From the sequence record NC_079181.1: DNA of 52,615 nt; one strand, 5' to 3'. Within the stretch, counting starts at the first letter, position 1. Each line of letters begins with the position of its first letter. Under the pieces are notes generated by a model. It made no database searches. It saw only the letters and a list, made by a program, of their open reading frames with translations, and was not told the origin of the DNA. Positions 16,556 to 26,349 of the stretch are shown in pieces. The position numbers and the translations under genes were made by a program. The DNA comes from Escherichia phage vB_EcoP_Bp7.

Positions 16556-16786
16556 ATGAAAACTGCTGAAATTGCCGAAGAGATTTATAAGGCCGTAATA
16601 GCCAACCAAATTACCAGTGAAGTCCTGCACATGGATATTGAAGAAGTTCGCAATGCCTTTGGTGGTTTTGCAATCTTGTCAATTGAAGCTGCGGAAGCAC
16701 TAACAAGCACGTACAATCAACGCGAATATGAAAAGCGTTCTGTACTAAATGCGTCGATGAAAGAAATTCAGGCGTCATTAAAATAA
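16556..16786 (+). CDS. hypothetical protein (76 aa)
   Basis: ORF with GGAGAG upstream. Confidence 0.5.
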   Translation: MKTAEIAEEIYKAVIANQITSEVLHMDIEEVRNAFGGFAILSIEAAEALTSTYNQREYEKRSVLNASMKEIQASLK

Positions 16787-16842
16787 TACCATTATCATGG
16801 TGCGGAGCTAATTAATCTCCCACCATATGAACCGGAGAGCAA

Positions 16843-17493
16843 ATGATTACTGCAACACTCGTTGACCACATGGGCAGCGACCTTACAACTGTTAATGCTG
16901 CACGAGTTTCCTATGGTGCAGAGTCGCATGAAATGTCCTTACGTGACGAGAAGCTGATTGAGTTTCTTGCAAAGCATAAGCACATTACGCCGTTTCGCCA
17001 CGCACAGGTAACATTGCGTTGTAAAGCTCCAATCTTCATTGCACGTCAGCTTGGCAAACATCAAACTGGCTTTAGTTGGAATGAAGTTAGCCGTCGTTAC
17101 AAAGATGGTGAAGCAATCTCGATTGAATGTTTTGTACCAGGTGTAGTATTCGGTCGTCCTGAAAAGTTGATGACTCAGACTGCACAACCGTTGCCACAAG
17201 ATTTTGCTGACGATATTCATTATCGCATGGAAAGCCATAACAAGGCTTGCATCGCAGAGTATGAAACGTTAATTGGTTTGGGGATTGCCCCAGAGCAAGC
17301 TCGCATGGTTCTTCCACAATCCATGATGACTGAATGGATTTGGACTGGCTCACTTTATGGCTGGGCATCTATGTATAATCAACGTTCCTCCGAACATGCG
17401 CAATATGAAGTTCGCTTGTTTGCGGAAGAAGTGAATAAAATCATGTCAGAACTGTTCCCAATTTGTTGGAAGGCTCTGACCAACCAGGAATAA
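16843..17493 (+). CDS. thyX: ThyX-like (flavin-dependent thymidylate synthase family) protein, divergent
   Basis: Matches remembered ThyX sequence (VNAARVSYG, KAPIFIARQ, SRRY), but the canonical RHR motif reads KHQ here. Confidence 0.7.
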   Translation: MITATLVDHMGSDLTTVNAARVSYGAESHEMSLRDEKLIEFLAKHKHITPFRHAQVTLRCKAPIFIARQLGKHQTGFSWNEVSRRYKDGEAISIECFVPGVVFGRPEKLMTQTAQPLPQDFADDIHYRMESHNKACIAEYETLIGLGIAPEQARMVLPQSMMTEWIWTGSLYGWASMYNQRSSEHAQYEVRLFAEEVNKIMSELFPICWKALTNQE

Positions 17494-17497
17494 ATAA

Positions 17498-19261
17498 ATG
17501 AACGTCAAGCAATGTGTGGCTAAGATTAAGCACGATGTACCAGACTGTAAATCCACATCTGGCAAGTCTTTACAGGTTTGGTTGAATGTCGATGAAGCTG
17601 GTAATAAGAACTTCTCTGGTTACTGCTTTGCGTGTGGCGTTCTAGTACCAAATCCTTATGGCAATAATCCAGAGAACATTCCAGAGATTAAAGTCAAAAC
17701 TCCAGAAGAAATTCAGGAAGAAGTTGATGAAATCACTGCTTGTCCTCCGTTTGATTTAACCCATCGCAGCATTGAGCCGGAGTTCTGGAAAGCTGCTGGT
17801 GTCCGACTTCTGTATTCAGAGTATGATGGGAAGACTCCAAATGCTCTGGCGCATGGCTACACCAAAAATGGTAAACTTGTTCGTTGGAAGATTAAACTTC
17901 TGAACAAGAAAGTCATGTGGTCAGTTGGCGACACCCAGGGTAACGACCCTTACAACTGGATGGCTGCAAAAGCAATTGGCGGTAAGACACTGTTCATCAC
18001 AGAAGGTGAAGAAGACTGTATCGCATTGCGTCAAATCCTCAAAACTATGAACCGTGGTGGTGCATACGAAGATTTGGATTTTGCTGTAATTAGTTTGAGT
18101 GACGGGAGTGATTCCGTACACAAATGTTTGTCACCAGTTGCAGAAGAAATTAAGCAACGTTGGGAGCAGGTTGTTATCGTATTTGATGATGATGAACCTG
18201 GACGTAAAGCTGCAAAAGAAGCGTGTCGATTGTTGCCTGGTGCAATGATTGCAACACTTCCAGCTAACGATGCCAACGACTGTTTGAAGCGTGGCTTGCT
18301 CAAAGCTACTCAATCTGCTGTTGTATTCCGTGCTGCTCGTCCTCTACCTACAGCACTTGTCAACAAAGAACTTCTTATGGAAGAACTTGATGATGAGGTT
18401 GAACAGGGTGTGGATTATCCTTGGCCCAAGTTAACCGACTTAATGTTTGGTCAACGTCGAGCCGAAGTTATCACAATCGGTGGTGCAGAAGGTGGTGGTA
18501 AAACTACGCTGTCCCGTCAGATTGTGCATCACAACATTACCAAGCATGATTGGGGAGTGTTTACTGCATACATGGAGGAAACTCCTACAGAAACATTGCG
18601 CCGAATGGCTGGCCTCAATGACAACTTGCCATATTGGGAACCTGCGTTTACTCGTGAAGACCCTCGATATGATGAAGCTAAGTTCCGTCAAACTGCTGCG
18701 AAGATGCTTCGTAACATGGAGATTTGGGACCGCAAGCAAGCTGGAGAAGACCCTTATGAAACTTGGGATGGGTTAAAGACGATTCTTCGTCAGATTGGTC
18801 CAGACATTGATATGTTTGTTCTCGATAACTTAACCTACTTATCGGAAGGGATTTCTGCGTCAGAGAAGAACGACTTTCTGGGCAAGCTGTATGCAGACAT
18901 TACAAAGTTAGCAGACCAGTACCAGTTCCACGTTAATATCCTGTCGCACCTTAACCCTGTTGCAAAAGGTCAGCGACCTCATGAAGATGGTGGACGTATT
19001 AAGAAGTCAGACTTTACTGGCTCCCGTGCTGCTGCCAAATATTCTCATGGTATGTTTGGCTTTGAGCGTAATAGCCAGGCAGTTGACCCAAACTGTTCTA
19101 TCATTCGTTCCATTAAGGCTCGTAAGAGTGGTAAAACAGAAGGCTTCAAGACATATTACGACACCGAATCTGGTCGAATCATTCAACGTTCTTGGGATGA
19201 CTCGCTGTTCGAAACCAAAGAGATTGTTCAACTCACCAGGAAGAACGGTCCACACCAATAA
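17498..19261 (+). CDS. T7 gp4-like primase-helicase
   Basis: N-terminal zinc motif (CKS...CFACG), TOPRIM-like FITEGEEDCIALRQ, Walker A GGAEGGGKTT. Confidence 0.85.
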   Translation: MNVKQCVAKIKHDVPDCKSTSGKSLQVWLNVDEAGNKNFSGYCFACGVLVPNPYGNNPENIPEIKVKTPEEIQEEVDEITACPPFDLTHRSIEPEFWKAAGVRLLYSEYDGKTPNALAHGYTKNGKLVRWKIKLLNKKVMWSVGDTQGNDPYNWMAAKAIGGKTLFITEGEEDCIALRQILKTMNRGGAYEDLDFAVISLSDGSDSVHKCLSPVAEEIKQRWEQVVIVFDDDEPGRKAAKEACRLLPGAMIATLPANDANDCLKRGLLKATQSAVVFRAARPLPTALVNKELLMEELDDEVEQGVDYPWPKLTDLMFGQRRAEVITIGGAEGGGKTTLSRQIVHHNITKHDWGVFTAYMEETPTETLRRMAGLNDNLPYWEPAFTREDPRYDEAKFRQTAAKMLRNMEIWDRKQAGEDPYETWDGLKTILRQIGPDIDMFVLDNLTYLSEGISASEKNDFLGKLYADITKLADQYQFHVNILSHLNPVAKGQRPHEDGGRIKKSDFTGSRAAAKYSHGMFGFERNSQAVDPNCSIIRSIKARKSGKTEGFKTYYDTESGRIIQRSWDDSLFETKEIVQLTRKNGPHQ

Positions 19262-19268
19262 CAGAGCT

Positions 19269-19300
19269 GCTACGCTGCATGGTTCGCCCACCAGCGTAGC
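19269..19300 (+). promoter_or_regulatory. stable hairpin between helicase and polymerase genes
   Basis: GCTACGCTG ... CAGCGTAGC 9-bp stem with a 14-nt loop; no U-tract. Confidence 0.4.
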
Positions 19301-19326
19301 CCTCACCAATCCATTGGAGCCATACT

Positions 19327-21261
19327 GTGTTGTATCCTTGGGAAAATATGTATGCCAGTGACATTGAAACAACTGGCCTGTTGGAGCAAATGCGCAAGCA
19401 AGCTGCACCACGTCTTCACAACATTGGATATATTGATGTTCTGACTCGTGAAGAAACTGTAATAGAATGGACCGACAGAAAGTCTATCCAGGCATTTCTG
19501 GATACAGGCCCGACACTAATCATGCACAACGGCGCAACCTTTGACTTTGAAGCACTGAGGTTCCTTGGTTACGACGTTTCAAAGTGTACACTGATTGATA
19601 CTTTGTTTATCAGTTGGTATCTGCAACCTCGTCGTGTTAAGCACGGCTTAGAAGGTTACGGTGAAGAGTTTGGTGTGCCAAAACCAGTCATTGAAGATTG
19701 GGAAAATCAAACTCAAGAAGAATACAACCATCGTGTGATGGAAGACTGCAAGATTCAGTTGAAGCTGTGGGAACAGCAATACATTCAACTCTTGAAGATT
19801 TATAAATCTCCTAGCGAAGTTAAGCGCTTCGTTGAATACCTGATGACAAAAGCTCGTCAGCAAGTTATTCAGCAACGCACTCGCTGGAAGCTGAACATTG
19901 AGAAGGCATTGGCATTTAAGGCCAAGCTGGAGCCAATGATTAAAGAGAAGACGGACGCATTGGAAGCATCAATGCCTCGTGTTCCAGAATATGTTATCAA
20001 AACCCGTCCAGCTAAATGCCACAAGATGAACGGGCAACTGTCTGCCACTGGAATTAAGTGGAAGGCTATTTGTGATGCGAACGGTTTGGACTGGAAAGAC
20101 CCAGACCTGGCTATCAAAGTTCTTAAAGGCTATAAGAAGCCTAATGCTGGTTCACATGTTCAAATCAAAGACTGGTTATTCAGTCTTGGTTGGGAGCCAG
20201 AAACTTTTAAATTTGACCGCAACAAGGAAACAGGTGAAACTCGCCAGATTCCACAAATCACTGTGAAGGATGAAGATGGCAATCCTGAAATATGTCCGAG
20301 CTTGCATAAGTTGGCGGAAAGAAACCCCGACTCTGGTATTCAACATCTTATTGGGATGGGCGTGTATAAACACCGTCTGTCTGTTGTTAATGGCTTCCTT
20401 CGCGACGTCGATGAGGATGGGTTCCTTACTGCACGATGTGGTGGCCTTACCAATACTTTACGCCTTAAACATCGCGAACTTGTTAACCTCCCTTCTATTC
20501 GTGTATTTGGCGGTGAAGAACTGCGTTCAATGCTGGAAGCGTGGCGTGAAGACTACGAACAGTTAGGCTCTGACTTGTGCTCTCTGGAAGACCGTTGTAA
20601 ACACCACTTCCAGTGGATGTATGACCCTGAGTACGTTAAGAAGCAGTTGGCACCAGACTATGATGCTCACCTTGCAATCGGCGTAATTGGCGGATTTATT
20701 ACAGAACAAGAATCTCAGGACCACAAGGACGGAATTAAGAAGTGTAAACAACGTCCAATGTTTAAGACCACGAACTATGCTTGTCAGTATGGTGCTGGTG
20801 TACCGACTGTAGCTCGTTCTGCTGGCTGTGACCAGACTACTGCTGCACGACTGCATAAAGCATATTGGGACTTGAACTGGTCTATTAAAGAGATTGCTGC
20901 AAACACTAAAGTTATCACAGTTGATGGTCAGATGTGGCAACAGAATCCAGTAAACAAATTCTGGTATTCGCTGCGTACAGAGAAAGACCGATTCTCCACA
21001 TTGTGTCAGGGTACTGGTGCATATGTGTTTGATGTATGGTGTAACAACATTATTGCAATTTGCAACGAACGTTGGGGCTGTGACCCGCTTCTGTCTGGAC
21101 AATTCCACGATGAATTGATTCTCCAGGTTAAGAAAGGCTTCCGTGATTTGTGGACGGACTTGCTTAATGAGGCAATGGACCGAACCAACAAAGAACTTAA
21201 ACTTAACCGTGATTGTGCATGTGATGTACAATTTGGCGATAACTACGCAGAGATTCACTAA
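19327..21261 (+). CDS. family A DNA polymerase with 3'-5' exonuclease domain
   Basis: Exo I DIETTGL; motif B RPMFKTTNYACQYGAG; motif C FHDELIL. GTG at 19327 with GGAG 7 nt upstream; alternative ATG at 19348. Confidence 0.9.
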   Translation: MLYPWENMYASDIETTGLLEQMRKQAAPRLHNIGYIDVLTREETVIEWTDRKSIQAFLDTGPTLIMHNGATFDFEALRFLGYDVSKCTLIDTLFISWYLQPRRVKHGLEGYGEEFGVPKPVIEDWENQTQEEYNHRVMEDCKIQLKLWEQQYIQLLKIYKSPSEVKRFVEYLMTKARQQVIQQRTRWKLNIEKALAFKAKLEPMIKEKTDALEASMPRVPEYVIKTRPAKCHKMNGQLSATGIKWKAICDANGLDWKDPDLAIKVLKGYKKPNAGSHVQIKDWLFSLGWEPETFKFDRNKETGETRQIPQITVKDEDGNPEICPSLHKLAERNPDSGIQHLIGMGVYKHRLSVVNGFLRDVDEDGFLTARCGGLTNTLRLKHRELVNLPSIRVFGGEELRSMLEAWREDYEQLGSDLCSLEDRCKHHFQWMYDPEYVKKQLAPDYDAHLAIGVIGGFITEQESQDHKDGIKKCKQRPMFKTTNYACQYGAGVPTVARSAGCDQTTAARLHKAYWDLNWSIKEIAANTKVITVDGQMWQQNPVNKFWYSLRTEKDRFSTLCQGTGAYVFDVWCNNIIAICNERWGCDPLLSGQFHDELILQVKKGFRDLWTDLLNEAMDRTNKELKLNRDCACDVQFGDNYAEIH

Positions 21262-21533
21262 TGAAAACTGTATATTCTATTTTCGATATGCAGGAATTAG
21301 AGCACCATATGTTTGCTACTGATTCCGAAGTTCCGGCAAAGGACGCTGTAATGGCGTTCCTTGAAAAGATTAAGGACGAAGTGTTCGCTTCTTCTGACCC
21401 ACAGTCTCAAGCATTCAACGATGAGACATTCAAAAACATCCAAACTTTAATCTCGGCAACTACTTCAATTGAAGAGCTGTCCGAAGCATTAGTTGGATAT
21501 GACTTCCGACTTGCTGTGTTGCAGGTCGACTAA
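21261..21533 (+). CDS. hypothetical protein (90 aa)
   Basis: ORF with ATGA overlap to the polymerase stop. Confidence 0.5.
   Translation: MKTVYSIFDMQELEHHMFATDSEVPAKDAVMAFLEKIKDEVFASSDPQSQAFNDETFKNIQTLISATTSIEELSEALVGYDFRLAVLQVD
21486..21504 (+). promoter_or_regulatory. phage promoter-like motif P10 (gcattagttggatatgact)
   Basis: Conserved motif inside the 3' end of the upstream ORF, 60 bp before the 21564 gene. Confidence 0.45.
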
Positions 21534-21563
21534 CTCCTAAACTGAAATTTAAAGGTACTCAAA

Positions 21564-22430
21564 ATGGCATTTGCTGCTCCTACACTGGCCTCGAACAAGA
21601 CTCCTTCTGCTGCACCATTACTGGAAGCGGGTGGTTATCCTGCTCGTGTTTGCCGTATTATCGACCTGGGCTTACAGCCTGGTTCTGCTAAATATCCTAC
21701 TCCGTCCCTGAAACTTCTGGTGACTTTCGAACTGCTCGACGAGTACATGAAAGAAGTTGACAGCGAAGGTAAAATGGTCATGGTCCAAGACCCAGACGAA
21801 GATGACGGCATCATGATGGCGAAGAATCTTGAAGACAAGCCGCGTTGGTTTGACTTTGAGTTTACCTATAATGCTGACGGCTTCATGGGTGAGAACTCCC
21901 ACATCTACAAATTCGCTAAAGCGATTGATGCACTGGAAGTTAAACCTAATCTGGAACAAGGCATTCAGGGCCATCCTGCCAAGAACCTGCCGGATTGGTT
22001 GGGCGAACCTCTGATTGTTGGCATTGTTCAGTATACCAAGCAGTCAGGTAAGAATGCTGGCCAGGTTGCAAACAAAGTTGCTACCTTCTCTCCGATGAAA
22101 TCTAAGGAGAAGAAAGAAGCTAAAGCTCTGGTTAACCCGACTGTCTTCTTTGACATGTCCGAGCCGGACTTAGAAGTATTCAACAAACTGCCAGGTGGCG
22201 AATCTCCGTATGCAATCAAGAACCGTATTACTTCCGGTGTTGATTTCTACAAGACTAAGCTGTCTGCAATGTTAGGCGGTAAACCTGCCGATGAAGGCGC
22301 TGTACCGAATCAGGCTTCTGATGAAGAAGTTGATGCAGCTATGAAAGCTGAACTGGAAGCACAGGCTGCTGCAAAAGCACAGCGTGAAGCGGAAGGTGGT
22401 GCTGCTGGCGGTACGGGTATGCCGTTCTAA
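21564..22430 (+). CDS. abundant hypothetical protein in the replication module (288 aa); ssDNA-binding role speculative
   Basis: E. coli-like high-expression codons; acidic and Ala-rich C-terminal region ending GMPF; followed by a strong terminator. Confidence 0.55.
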   Translation: MAFAAPTLASNKTPSAAPLLEAGGYPARVCRIIDLGLQPGSAKYPTPSLKLLVTFELLDEYMKEVDSEGKMVMVQDPDEDDGIMMAKNLEDKPRWFDFEFTYNADGFMGENSHIYKFAKAIDALEVKPNLEQGIQGHPAKNLPDWLGEPLIVGIVQYTKQSGKNAGQVANKVATFSPMKSKEKKEAKALVNPTVFFDMSEPDLEVFNKLPGGESPYAIKNRITSGVDFYKTKLSAMLGGKPADEGAVPNQASDEEVDAAMKAELEAQAAAKAQREAEGGAAGGTGMPF

Positions 22431-22440
22431 CTATAAATAT

Positions 22441-22465
22441 GGCTCCTTCGGGAGCCTTTAATTTT
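22441..22465 (+). terminator. intrinsic terminator
   Basis: GGCTCC-TTCG-GGAGCC hairpin followed by TTTAATTTT. Confidence 0.8.
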
Positions 22466-23501
22466 GGAGCTTACCAAAGTGAGTAAGAAACGGGTTTTGT
22501 TGCTGGTTGACGGCGACATGGTTGCATTCAGTCACTGTGCTGCTGAGGAATACGGCAAAGATTCAGAAGATATTAACTTTGCTAAGATTCAAATGTCAAT
22601 GGATTCCAAGATGGAATTCCTTGCGAAACGTGTAGGCGCTACAGAAGTAGTTACCTGCATTTCACCATCCAAAACATTCCGTAACGTCCTTGCCGAGAAT
22701 TACAAAGGCAATCGTGATGATGTTTGGCGACCAGAAAACTTGAAGAATGCGAAAGCACACCTTATGGTTGCCTGGAACGGTGTGTGGATGAAGGGTCTGG
22801 AAGCAGATGACCTCCTTGCTGTATTCGCACGTCATGAATACGAAATGACAATGGGCAAACGTAATGAGATTAAGAGCCTCAAGCGCATTGGTCCTTGCAC
22901 ATATGATGAAGTCTGGATTGCGTCGTTGGACAAAGACTTGCGACAAATCGGGCAGAATGGTGGTGCTGGTCCAGTAATTAAACATTACCAATGGGAACGA
23001 GAAACCCAGGGTATTGGTGAGAAGGTTGTAACTCCGAAGGATTACGGCGAACTCAAACTAATCATCAAGGACAATGGCAAGTCGAAGAAGAAAGAAGTTA
23101 AAGGCAATGGCCCTAAATTCTTCTTGCATCAATTGCTTATCGGCGACTCAACGGATAATGTTATGGGTTGCGGAGTTCTTGAAGAAAGAATCTACAAAAC
23201 TGGTGCCAAAGCTGGTGAAACTTATTTCCGTCGTGATGGCATTGGTGCAGTTGCTTCATTCGAAATGCTGGATGGTACAACCTCCTATGCAGAAGGTTTG
23301 AAGAAAGTTATTGGTGCATATATTATGCGCTTCGGGGATGGTTGGGAACAAGAGCTGCTCAAAGTGGGCCGTCTTGTTTACATGCACCATCAAATTGAAA
23401 AGGGTAATTGTGTTCGCTTGTGGCATTACAAAAACATTAACGAATACTTTGACCTTAAAGAGAATCGTATCCTTACTCAAGAAGAGTACCTCCAGAAATA
23501 A
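22464..23501 (+). CDS. 5'-3' exonuclease / flap endonuclease (T7 gp6-like)
   Basis: N-terminal KRVLLLVDGDMVAF resembles the PIN-like metal site of 5'-3' exonucleases; likely true start GTG 22479 (GGAG 9 nt upstream). Confidence 0.65.
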   Translation: MELTKVSKKRVLLLVDGDMVAFSHCAAEEYGKDSEDINFAKIQMSMDSKMEFLAKRVGATEVVTCISPSKTFRNVLAENYKGNRDDVWRPENLKNAKAHLMVAWNGVWMKGLEADDLLAVFARHEYEMTMGKRNEIKSLKRIGPCTYDEVWIASLDKDLRQIGQNGGAGPVIKHYQWERETQGIGEKVVTPKDYGELKLIIKDNGKSKKKEVKGNGPKFFLHQLLIGDSTDNVMGCGVLEERIYKTGAKAGETYFRRDGIGAVASFEMLDGTTSYAEGLKKVIGAYIMRFGDGWEQELLKVGRLVYMHHQIEKGNCVRLWHYKNINEYFDLKENRILTQEEYLQK

Positions 23502-23512
23502 TTGGAGTTGGA

Positions 23513-24037
23513 ATGGCTTACGGTTATTGTGGAACGGAAGCCAAGTTCGTGTCTTGGCTCCAATCTGCTATTCGAAGTGTTTGGTCTAAACACCCAAGCA
23601 AACTCGCGCTAATACAATCTCGACGCATTGCATTGAAGGTTGGTGACTCAAAGAAACCAATCTTCCACATTCAATGCTACCACTGCAAGAAGTTGTATAA
23701 GCTCAAAGAGATTGAAGTAAACCACAAAGTTCAGGTTGGTGGCCTCCTTAAATTGGAAGACCTGCACCGCTTTGTGGACAACCTTCTACTGGTTCAGCCA
23801 GAAGATTTGGAATTGCTGTGTAAAGATTGTCACGGCATTATTACATACATGGAGCGATATGGTGTATCACGTCGTGATGCAGTCATTGAGAAGAAGTGTA
23901 TTGCATTTTCCAAATTAACTGACGAAGAGCAAATTGCCAAGTGCAATCTTGCCAAAATAGAGCCAGTTCCTAAAACCAAAATCGGACGCAAGAATGCTGT
24001 TCGAGAATACCTGAGAAAGAATCTTAATGTCTATTAA
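23513..24037 (+). CDS. HNH endonuclease
   Basis: CYHCKK ... EVNHK ... N ... CKDCHG (CxxC, NH, CxxCH) pattern. Confidence 0.65.
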   Translation: MAYGYCGTEAKFVSWLQSAIRSVWSKHPSKLALIQSRRIALKVGDSKKPIFHIQCYHCKKLYKLKEIEVNHKVQVGGLLKLEDLHRFVDNLLLVQPEDLELLCKDCHGIITYMERYGVSRRDAVIEKKCIAFSKLTDEEQIAKCNLAKIEPVPKTKIGRKNAVREYLRKNLNVY

Positions 24038-24782
24038 GCTCCTCGCTGATGGTACAAGATATACAAAGGCTCACGCACATGACTGGGAAGACCCAAACTG
24101 TCTTATTCGTGGTCGATGCGAATTGTACATCAAAATTGACGGCATACGAGCGATTCGTAATGCTTCTGGTGAGGTATGGAGCCGCAACTCTAAACCTCTC
24201 CCTCACTGCGACCATCTCAAATTTAAAGATGCAGAAATCTTTCGCGGTTCCTGGAACGAGACTTCATCTATCCTTGGGCGTATCGACCCTCCGACCATAC
24301 CGTTATCGCAAGAAAACGTTTATGAGTTGAGTGATGGTGCTGTTGACCCACGCCTGTACATCGGCTGGTGCAAGGACCCAAGCAATGAAAACCTTAAGGC
24401 ATTGATGGATAAATATCTGGCGCTTGGTCATGAAGGTATCATTGTCCGCGATGCAAAAGGTAAATGGTGGAAGATTGTACCATATAAATATGCCGATGTG
24501 AAGATTACTGGTATGAAAGAAGGTACTGGTGCTCTTAAAGGTATGTGCGGTTCTATCTCCTCGAACTACGGCAGTGCCGGTTCAATGGTGAAAGATTGTC
24601 TGGCAGACCACGGTGTTCCAGAATCTAACACATTGATTCGTAAGTGGTTGTGGGAACATCGCCACGAGCTAGTTGGTTCGATTATGCAAGTTCGGTATCG
24701 TGAGAAGACAGAAGCTGGTAAGTTCCGGTTCCCGTCACTCGTTCGTTTACGTGCAGACAAAAGTGAGGAAAGTTTTGATTAA
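24027..24782 (+). CDS. ATP-dependent ligase-like nucleotidyltransferase (251 aa)
   Basis: Motif I KIDGIR, motif IV-like EGIIVRD, motif V-like KWWKIV; overlaps the HNH gene end by 11 nt. Confidence 0.65.
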   Translation: MSIKLLADGTRYTKAHAHDWEDPNCLIRGRCELYIKIDGIRAIRNASGEVWSRNSKPLPHCDHLKFKDAEIFRGSWNETSSILGRIDPPTIPLSQENVYELSDGAVDPRLYIGWCKDPSNENLKALMDKYLALGHEGIIVRDAKGKWWKIVPYKYADVKITGMKEGTGALKGMCGSISSNYGSAGSMVKDCLADHGVPESNTLIRKWLWEHRHELVGSIMQVRYREKTEAGKFRFPSLVRLRADKSEESFD

Positions 24783-25401
24783 GCGATTAGCTGTTATTCT
24801 CAATGGACCTCCTGGCTGCGGCAAAGACACCATTGCAAATAAGATTGTTGCTGCTGAGGAACCTTACTTCCTCGGCAGACGCAAATTCATTAAACACCAG
24901 TTTAAGGATGCACTGTATGAGCATACTGCCAAACACTTTCAAGTTGATGTGGACAAGTTTATTCACTACGCTTCGGACCGTGACCTCAAAGACTCTATCT
25001 CCCTTGCAGGTCTTGGTGGCAGAACACCTCGTCAGGCTCTTATTCACGTTAGCGAAGATGTGTATAAGCCTCGCCACGGACAAGACTACTTCGGTAAGGT
25101 TGAAGCTGCTCGTGTTAAAGAACTCGCGGGGCGTATGGGTGGCATTATTAATGTCATTTATCCCGATGGCGGTTTTGGTGATGAAGTCGTTGCCATTGAG
25201 TCTGCTTATGATTTTGTCCTCGTTGTGCGTTTGCATCGTGATGGTTTTGATTTCACGGGCGATTCTCGCAGATACATCAACCTCCCAGACACACCTACCC
25301 GCGTAACAGTGGACGAACATTTAGTTGATGGTAAAGTGGGTGATTCTGTATTCAAAGTGTTCAACTGGATTGAACGCGTAACCTATAAAGTAGAGAAATA
25401 A
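24775..25401 (+). CDS. P-loop nucleotide/polynucleotide kinase-like protein
   Basis: Walker A ILNGPPGCGKDT; probable TTG start at 24775 (GAGG 6 nt upstream) or GTG at 24763. Confidence 0.6.
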   Translation: MIKRLAVILNGPPGCGKDTIANKIVAAEEPYFLGRRKFIKHQFKDALYEHTAKHFQVDVDKFIHYASDRDLKDSISLAGLGGRTPRQALIHVSEDVYKPRHGQDYFGKVEAARVKELAGRMGGIINVIYPDGGFGDEVVAIESAYDFVLVVRLHRDGFDFTGDSRRYINLPDTPTRVTVDEHLVDGKVGDSVFKVFNWIERVTYKVEK

Positions 25402-25403
25402 TC

Positions 25404-25925
25404 ATGTCTTGTATGACTCAAGTTGTTGCTGTAAAGCGAGTGCATCCTAATGCGAAATTACCTGTGTACGCTACTGCTGGCGCTGCTGCTGCTGACGTTT
25501 GCACTATCTCCGATAGCACTGTTGTTATCAATCCCGGCTGCTCTGCTGTTTTCGATACTGGCCTCCAATTCGAGATTCCAGTTGGATACGAACTCAAAGT
25601 ACATAGCCGTTCTGGTCACGGCTTTAAGTCTGGTATTCGCCTGGCAAACTGTACAGGAATTCTGGACTCCGATTATCGTGGTAATCTTATGGTTAAGTTG
25701 CACAACGACTCGGACACAGCCTTTGTGGTTCAACCAGGTGAACGTATTTGTCAGGTGCAAGTTAGTAAAGCTACTCAACACCATTTCGTTGAAGTTGACC
25801 GCTTGAATGCAACTGGTCGTGGTGAAGGTGGCTTTGGCTCAACTGGTCGTGTGGAACTTGGTCAGCATGAAAGACCACATATTCCAGAAGGCTTGACAGT
25901 CCACAATCACAGCATTGCCAAGTAA
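25404..25925 (+). CDS. dut: dUTP diphosphatase (dUTPase)
   Basis: All five trimeric dUTPase motifs: ATAGAAAADV, SRSGHG, GILDSDYRGN, GERICQ, RGEGGFGSTGR. Confidence 0.85.
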   Translation: MSCMTQVVAVKRVHPNAKLPVYATAGAAAADVCTISDSTVVINPGCSAVFDTGLQFEIPVGYELKVHSRSGHGFKSGIRLANCTGILDSDYRGNLMVKLHNDSDTAFVVQPGERICQVQVSKATQHHFVEVDRLNATGRGEGGFGSTGRVELGQHERPHIPEGLTVHNHSIAK

Positions 25926-25964
25926 TATTCGACATTCTCAGTAACCAATTGGAACCTATCTGAA

Positions 25965-26294
25965 ATGAAACTGTCCTCACCTGTCGTAGTAAATAACCGC
26001 AAAGTTAAATTTGCATACCTCAAGTCTAATGTCACCTCCACTGGTGGCGGGACTTATCTCACCCGTGCACTTGCAGTTCGCAACGAAACAGGTGCGGATG
26101 TTATCGTTTTCATGCTTCCTCATGGTGAAAACACAATCAAGAACGTCGAACGTATCAAGCGTGGGCGCGAAGATTTAATGTCGGCTGTTAAGCCGCTGAT
26201 ACTGCCATTCAAGATTGTGGTGGTTGTTGGTTCTACCCAAGCATATCTGGAAGATTTCTATAAAGATATGGCCTGGAGCGATATTAAATATTAA
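25965..26294 (+). CDS. hypothetical protein (109 aa)
   Basis: ORF from the track; followed by a hairpin. Confidence 0.5.
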   Translation: MKLSSPVVVNNRKVKFAYLKSNVTSTGGGTYLTRALAVRNETGADVIVFMLPHGENTIKNVERIKRGREDLMSAVKPLILPFKIVVVVGSTQAYLEDFYKDMAWSDIKY

Positions 26295-26312
26295 GCGACA
26301 CGCGTAATTAGG

Positions 26313-26340
26313 GAGGCTATCTGGCCTCCTATCTTATTCG
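26313..26340 (+). terminator. terminator-like hairpin
   Basis: GGAGGC-TATCTG-GCCTCC followed by a T-rich stretch. Confidence 0.5.
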
Positions 26341-26349
26341 GAGTCGCTT

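Noticed and set aside
19327-21261. Intein or intron interrupting the DNA polymerase or other large genes
   Set aside because: Polymerase, helicase and terminase motifs occur in normal order with normal spacing; no unexplained insertions seen.
24049-24330. 93-aa + strand ORF
   Set aside because: Alternative frame inside the ligase-like gene, which has clear catalytic motifs.
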